From NCBI RefSeq assembly GCF_009914755.1, contig NC_060937.1: 64,000 bases of DNA; one strand, given 5' to 3'. The DNA is from the human T2T-CHM13v2.0 reference genome, Homo sapiens. Of this stretch, positions 58,755-64,000 are shown one piece after another (position 1 is the stretch's first letter; the number at the start of each line of letters is the position of its first letter). The translations under genes were made by a program, and so were the position numbers. A model generated the notes under the pieces. The model was not told the DNA's origin and made no database searches. It saw nothing but the letters and a program-made list of their open reading frames with translations.

Positions 58755-59043
58755 TGAGACAGAGTGTTGCTCTGTCGCCCAGGCTGGAGACCTCAGTGGC
58801 GTGATCTTGGTTCGCTGCAGCCTCTGCCTCCCGGGTTCGGGCGGTTCTCCTGCCTCAGCCTCCCGGGTGGCTGGGATTGCGGGTGCCCGCCACCATGCCC
58901 AGCTAATTTTTTTTTGTATTTTTGGTAGAGATGGGATTTCGCCAGGTTGGCCGGGCTGGTATCGAGCTCCTGGCCTCAGGTGGTCTGCCCGCCTCGGCCT
59001 CCCGGGGTGCTGGGATTGCAGGCGTGCGCCACCGTGCCTGGCC
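58755..59043 (-). mobile_element. Antisense AluS-type element with heavy plus-strand A>G changes
   Basis: Runs tgagacagag...gcctggcc. Example change: CCCAAAGTGCTGGGATTACAGG reads CCCGGGGTGCTGGGATTGCAGG. Confidence 0.9.
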
Positions 59044-60861
59044 GTAAAAAATAATTTAATTGTACATTTAAAATAACTAAAAGAGTTCAACTGGATTGTT
59101 TGTAACACAAAAGATAAATGCTTGAGGTGATGGATTTCCCTTTAACCCTGCTGTGAATATTATGCATTGCATGCCCGTATCAAACATCTTATGTGCCCCA
59201 CAAGCATATAAACTTACTATGCACCTGCAAAAATTAAAAATAAACTTGAAAACATAAAAACAAAACAAAAATCAACATTAAAGAAAAGTTTTCTGTAAAA
59301 AAAAAAAAAAAGAAAACCCTAAAGTCTGATAAATGAATTCAGTAAAGTCTCAGGTTACAAAATCAATATACTCAAATCAGTAACACTGCTATATGCCAAC
59401 AATGACCAAGCTGAGAATCAAATCAAGAACTCAATCTCTTTTACAATAGCTGCACACACACAAAACCCTAGGAATATACTTAACCAAGGAGGTGAAAGAG
59501 CTCTACAAGGAAAACTACAAAACACTGATGAAAGAAATCATAGATGACACAAACAAATGGAAACACATCCAATGCTCATAGATGAGGAGAATCAATATTG
59601 TGAAAATGACCATACTGCCCAAAGCAATCAACAGGTTCAGTGTAATTCCCATCAAAATACCATCATTATTTTTCAAAGAACTAGAAAAAACAATCCTAAA
59701 ATTCACGTGGAACCAAAAAAGAGCCCAGATAGCCAAAGCAATACTAAGCAAAAGCAGCAAATCTGAAGGCATCACATTACAGGGCTTTAAATTATACTAA
59801 GGCTATAGTTACCAAAACAGCATGGTACTGGTATAAAAATAGGCACGTAGACCAATGAGACAGAATAGAGAACCCAGAAATAAAGCCAAATATGTGGATG
59901 TGGTGAAAAGGGAACATTTACACTGCTGGTGGGAATGTAAATTAGTACAACCACTATGGAAAACAGTATGGAAAGTCCTTAAAGAACTAAAGTAGGTCTA
60001 CCATTCAGTCCAGTAATCCCATTAATAGGTATCTACCCAAAGGAAAAGAAGTCATTATATTAATATGAAAAAGACAACATGCACACACGTTTATAGAAGC
60101 ACAATTAGCAATTGCAATGATATGGAACCAACCTAAGTGTCCATCATCAACCAATGAGTGATAAAGAAAATGTATATATACACCATGGAATACTACTCAG
60201 CCATAAAACTGAATAAAATAATGGCATTTGCTGCAACTTGGATGGAGCTGGAGGCCATTATTCTAAGGGAAGAAACTCAGGAATCGAAAACCAAATACTG
60301 TATGTTCTCACTTATAGGTGGGAGCTAAGCTATGAGGACACAAAGACATAAGAGTGATATAATGGACTTTGGGGACTAAGGTGGGGAAGGTTCTCAGGGG
60401 GGTGAGGGATAAAAGACTACATACTGGGTACAGCGTATACTGCTCGGGTGATGGGTACACTATCTCAAAATTCACCACTAAAGAACTCATCCATATAACC
60501 AAAAACCACTCGTACCCCAAAAACTATTGAAATAAAAAAATTTTAAAAGGGGTCATTCTTTTCCTTCTATTGCACATGTAGGGGCTGAGAAGAGCCATAT
60601 AGGACATACAAGGGGGCCCAGGTTGTAGAATCCCAATCTAAATCCAAGTGTCCTAAAAATATGTAGGGGACAAATTTTAAATTTTATATGGTGGAGAAAA
60701 GGATTTTAGGCATGATGGGTGTTTTCTCAGTTCAATACTTGAATGTGTGTGAAACAGTCTTTTTCTTTCCTGTGTATCTGCTGCTGCTTCAATGAATCCT
60801 TTTAGTCTTTACCTAACCTGATAGAAGCTTTCATAATACAGAGGTAATAAAATATATTTAC

Positions 60862-60960
60862 CTTCAGAATTTCTAGTCTTTGCTTATTGTCCTTGGGGAT
60901 TTTGTTCATTGGAACCAGACCAATGTTGTAGCCATCTCCAGAGTGTCCAACGATGTCATA
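60862..60960 (-). CDS. VWA8: VWA8 third-from-last coding exon (YDIVGHSGDGYNIGLVPMNKIPKDNKQRLEILK), C-terminal VWA domain
   Basis: The minus strand reads ttctcttgcatgtAG|TATGACATC...ATTCTGAAG|GTaaat. The exon is 99 nt, phase 0/0, and continues in frame into the next exon. The peptide is recognised as the VWA8 C-terminal region. Confidence 0.93.
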
Positions 60961-61789
60961 CTACATGCAAGAGAACCAGAAAGTTATAAACTTTTCTCCA
61001 CAAAAGAACAGTCATTAGATCTTTAATGTTCAACTCTTTGGACCATTATTGTCCAAAGTTGCTCAACATATGGCCATAAAGAAATGCAGTGAGACAGAAG
61101 TGTGTTTAATTCTCTAATCTCACTATGTACATGAGAAACTCTTGTCTACTGAGAAAGGCTAGAGCTGGGAGTCAAGTGCAACCTTTTCACAGAGTCTGGA
61201 AAAAAAGTCTGGGGTCTGAGGTAAACTATAATTGGGGTGAGGTAGTTCCCTCCAACTTTGAGTTACACATACTCTTGTGTTGTAGAGCAATGCAGTTATT
61301 TCTTTTCATGTATGTTCCTTTTAAAATGGTGAGTTATTTGAAGGTGAGGCCACAGCTTATTTCTCTTTGAATTTCTAGAATCTAAGAGAGTGCCTAGCAT
61401 GTTTATTGCACAAATGCTGTAAGAGAGTTTGCAATCAAGTTGGGGCAATAAGAAGCTTTTCCCTTGCATGTGGGCTACATTCTCCTACAAATAAGCTGTT
61501 TGAAGCTGGAATGCATTTTTCCCCCTCAACAATCATGGGATAAATGGTGGTTAGTCCATGCTAGCTGACAAACAACAATCCATAACATAACTGAAACTGC
61601 TGTGTTTTAAATGGAAAGAAACAGAAAAAATTTGGTTGAAATTGTTATGCAAAAATAGGAAGTGAGAAGAAGGGTTTCCTAGGGAAGATGAGTCCCATTA
61701 TAGATATGCTGAACTTGTGTCCTGGGGGAGAGATGTGGCTAGGGGTGAAGACCTAACAGTTATCCCCAGGAGGGAATAAATGGAGGCCC

Positions 61790-62405
61790 ATATATTATGT
61801 CTAAATATGTAAAAGATATACATCAGGCTACCAACTGTTAAATAAAACATGTTCTGTCCTCCCACTTTGATAAAATATACGTTATAATAACCTGGAAAGC
61901 CAGGGCCAAATTTCAAATACTTGGGTTCCTGGAAGTTCTGTGCTAGAACATGGTCACATGGACAGTAATGGCCCCTGGCCCATAGCCCATACCCTTCTCT
62001 TTTCATAGTTGGCTCTGGCCCACCCCATGAAGTACCTCAAATGCATGTGTGTGGACACCCAGTGCTGACATCCACACTCCATCGCTCCATCATAAACAAC
62101 AGTTACCCTCTGCCCACCCTCTGAGCACCTTGGGGTGCTCACACAATTGGCCAGTCTGTCCTAGGAAGATGGACTTAGGAAAGAGGCCCACGCAGGATTT
62201 GGAAGCAGGCTTGGGGTCATTTGATGAGAATAGTTGGGGATCCCAGGTACCAGGAGCATGATCTAAAAACAGGCTTTAAAGGCCCTTTGGCCCCATAGAC
62301 ACCTCACCTCATGGGAGGGTCATGGTCAGAGGAGGGCCAGAGTGGGGCCATGGGTGGGGGTGAGATGGTGGGAGATTATTCTGTGCCTGGTTTAAATATA
62401 AAAGA
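61790..62405. mobile_element. MER115-like hAT-Tip100 remnant
   Basis: gaggcccacgcaggatttggaagcaggcttggggtcattt...cccaggtaccaggagcatgatcta. Tentative. Confidence 0.45.
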
Positions 62406-64000
62406 ATAGCGAAGGAAATTTATCAATGCATTAAAAAGGTTGACAGTAAATGATTTCCAATGATGTAACACATTCCATATAAGAAAAAAAAATTATTCTT
62501 AGTATAGTTTGCTATCAATAGAGTGAAAAGGTACCAAATAAAAACTGAAACTAAAAGCAGCTGAGCTCAGCTGTTAGAAATTGCTCAGGATAGGAAATTT
62601 CTGGCTTCAGCATAGGCTTGACTAAAGTCATCCATGGGTTCAGTGGTAGGATTGGCACAGATGTGGAGAGAGCTTGCATAATCCTTCCATGGAAGCACAC
62701 TCCAGGGAGGCCCCGACTGATTTGACAACGGTCATGGCAGGAACTGTTTGTAGTCAAGAGGGGAAAGTTCTCCTGAGAAAGTGCCAGGCAGGTTGCTTTC
62801 ATTATGGGCTGGTGAAGTAATCTGCTAAACAGGATCTTACACATGAGGGAATAAGATCAGTTCCCTGACACGGAACTAGGTTTCTTATATTGGGCTGAGG
62901 TAAGAGGGCTATGAATGTGTTTGACTTTTCCCTCCCTTTTAACTGATGGCTAGAGTTCTTTCTAATTAGATGATAGTGAATGAAACTATAGAAATCTTTG
63001 ATCATATGGTCTGTCACAGGGTCAATGTAACTGGTCAAAGAGCAGTCAACAAATACAGTTTTTAGCTGGTCTTTAGTAAAACAAGATACTGGCTGATTAA
63101 AACCTTCAGAAATACTTTAGCAACCATCCATCTATCATTTGATTGTGTGACTGATATATCTATCTACCATTTAAATATATGCCTAGGAGAAAAAAAACAT
63201 ACTATACTTTTCTAGGCAAATGAGACAAAGAAAGGTGGACTGTATGCTTCTTTTTCTTCCTTCTTCCCTCTTCCCTTTCTTTCTTCTTTTTTTCCCTTCC
63301 TTTTTCTTTCTCATCTCTTATTTGGGTAAGGAAAGACCAGCCTTTGTCTGTGCCTGGTGAGTACTGCAAAGGCTTGCAAAGACACCTAAGTGACAGGATG
63401 GAGCTTATAAAATAGTTTGCAGGCCCTGGTTTCTCATCTTCCAGATGGGTTTGAGGATTATTCTGTGACCAAAGCCAATAAAACGCTTGGGAGGAATCTA
63501 AAGTACATCCAAATGTGGACCATTCCCTGGCGTTACTGCAGATTATATTAAGCTTCCATTACCAGCAATACTCCTCCATCAAAATTATCTAGTATCTGCT
63601 ATCCAAGGATTCCAACATGGTTTACCAACAGTGATTTGCTAATCCTGAAAATTGTGTGGGTTAATGGAAAAGATGCATACTCTCATTCATTTCCATTTGC
63701 TAACTCCTAAATCTGCCATTCACCTGATCTGGTTTCTACGATGATCGTGAAATCCAACTTGACAGGGCCTCGAGCATGCTTCCATGGAGGAGCTACAGGA
63801 GTCAATAAACAAGATCCTCACTGTCATTATCAAACCGCCTAACATTTAGATCAGAATTTTTTCTGAGCTCAAAATTTTTATGATCATGATTTCTGCACTT
63901 TTCAGAGCATTCCTGAAAACCCTGTGCAGTCTCACATTTAGCATTTAACATAAATATTAAGCCACAGTAGTAAAGAAAAGCCTCAACTGCAGAGGACCAA

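Larger units (their letters stand above)
57944..59310 (+). mobile_element. SVA 3'-transduced cargo (Alu+, Alu+, L1MA 3' end split by (TA)n and Alu-, second poly(A))
   Basis: The TSD AGAAAACCCT lies at 56384-56393 and 59311-59320, after the second poly(A) at 59297-59310 rather than after the SVA's own tail. The host L1 sequence resumes after it. Confidence 0.85.
56357..60543 (+). mobile_element. 5'-truncated L1PB-like element hosting the SVA insertion
   Basis: ORF2-like atgattgtatatctagaaaaccct continues at 59311 (aaag...gataaatgaattcagtaaag). ORF 59582..59800 is L1 RT-like. There is an internal deletion near 59892 and an L1PB-type 3' UTR. TSD taaaag(c/g)ggtcattct at 56341-56356 and 60544-60559. 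Confidence 0.85.

Noticed and set aside
57950-59043. APOBEC3 editing or GC-biased gene conversion as the cause of the Alu mismatches
   Set aside because: APOBEC3 gives G>A on the sense strand. Gene conversion should give T>C as often as A>G and extend into the flanks. The excess seen by eye is plus-strand A>G within the inverted Alus; this still needs formal counting.
56608-59108. Long ORFs in the SVA and Alu cluster (for example 58326..59108, 260 aa; 56877..57437)
   Set aside because: They are repeat-derived frames. GC-rich VNTR sequence and the A>G changes reduce stop codons, and there is no gene structure.

Overview
This is hominoid, very probably human, genomic DNA. The right-hand 12 kb holds the 3' end of VWA8 (KIAA0564) on the minus strand: three coding exons at 60862-60960, 55590-55828 and 53318-53426, all with in-frame GT/AG junctions. 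A ~1.35 kb 3' UTR follows, and the MIR5006 hairpin ends at the last splice acceptor. The remaining ~52 kb is repeat-rich intergenic DNA with a full-length but disabled L1PA4-like element, a solo LTR12, and many Alu, MIR, L2, MLT and MER elements. The most notable structure is in a VWA8 intron. An SVA plus ~1.37 kb of extra sequence sits between a 10-bp TSD inside an older L1, which indicates a 3' transduction. The three Alus in that cargo (two sense, one antisense) carry dense A>G changes on the transcribed strand, which looks like an ADAR-hyper-edited RNA fixed in the genome by retrotransposition. Other oddities are an orphan TSD-flanked insert in a MIR, a nested perfect palindrome, an R-region-only THE1 fragment and a MER21 piece inside an Alu. 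Repeat names, subfamilies and mismatch counts come from consensus sequences recalled from memory and compared by eye; no database search was run.
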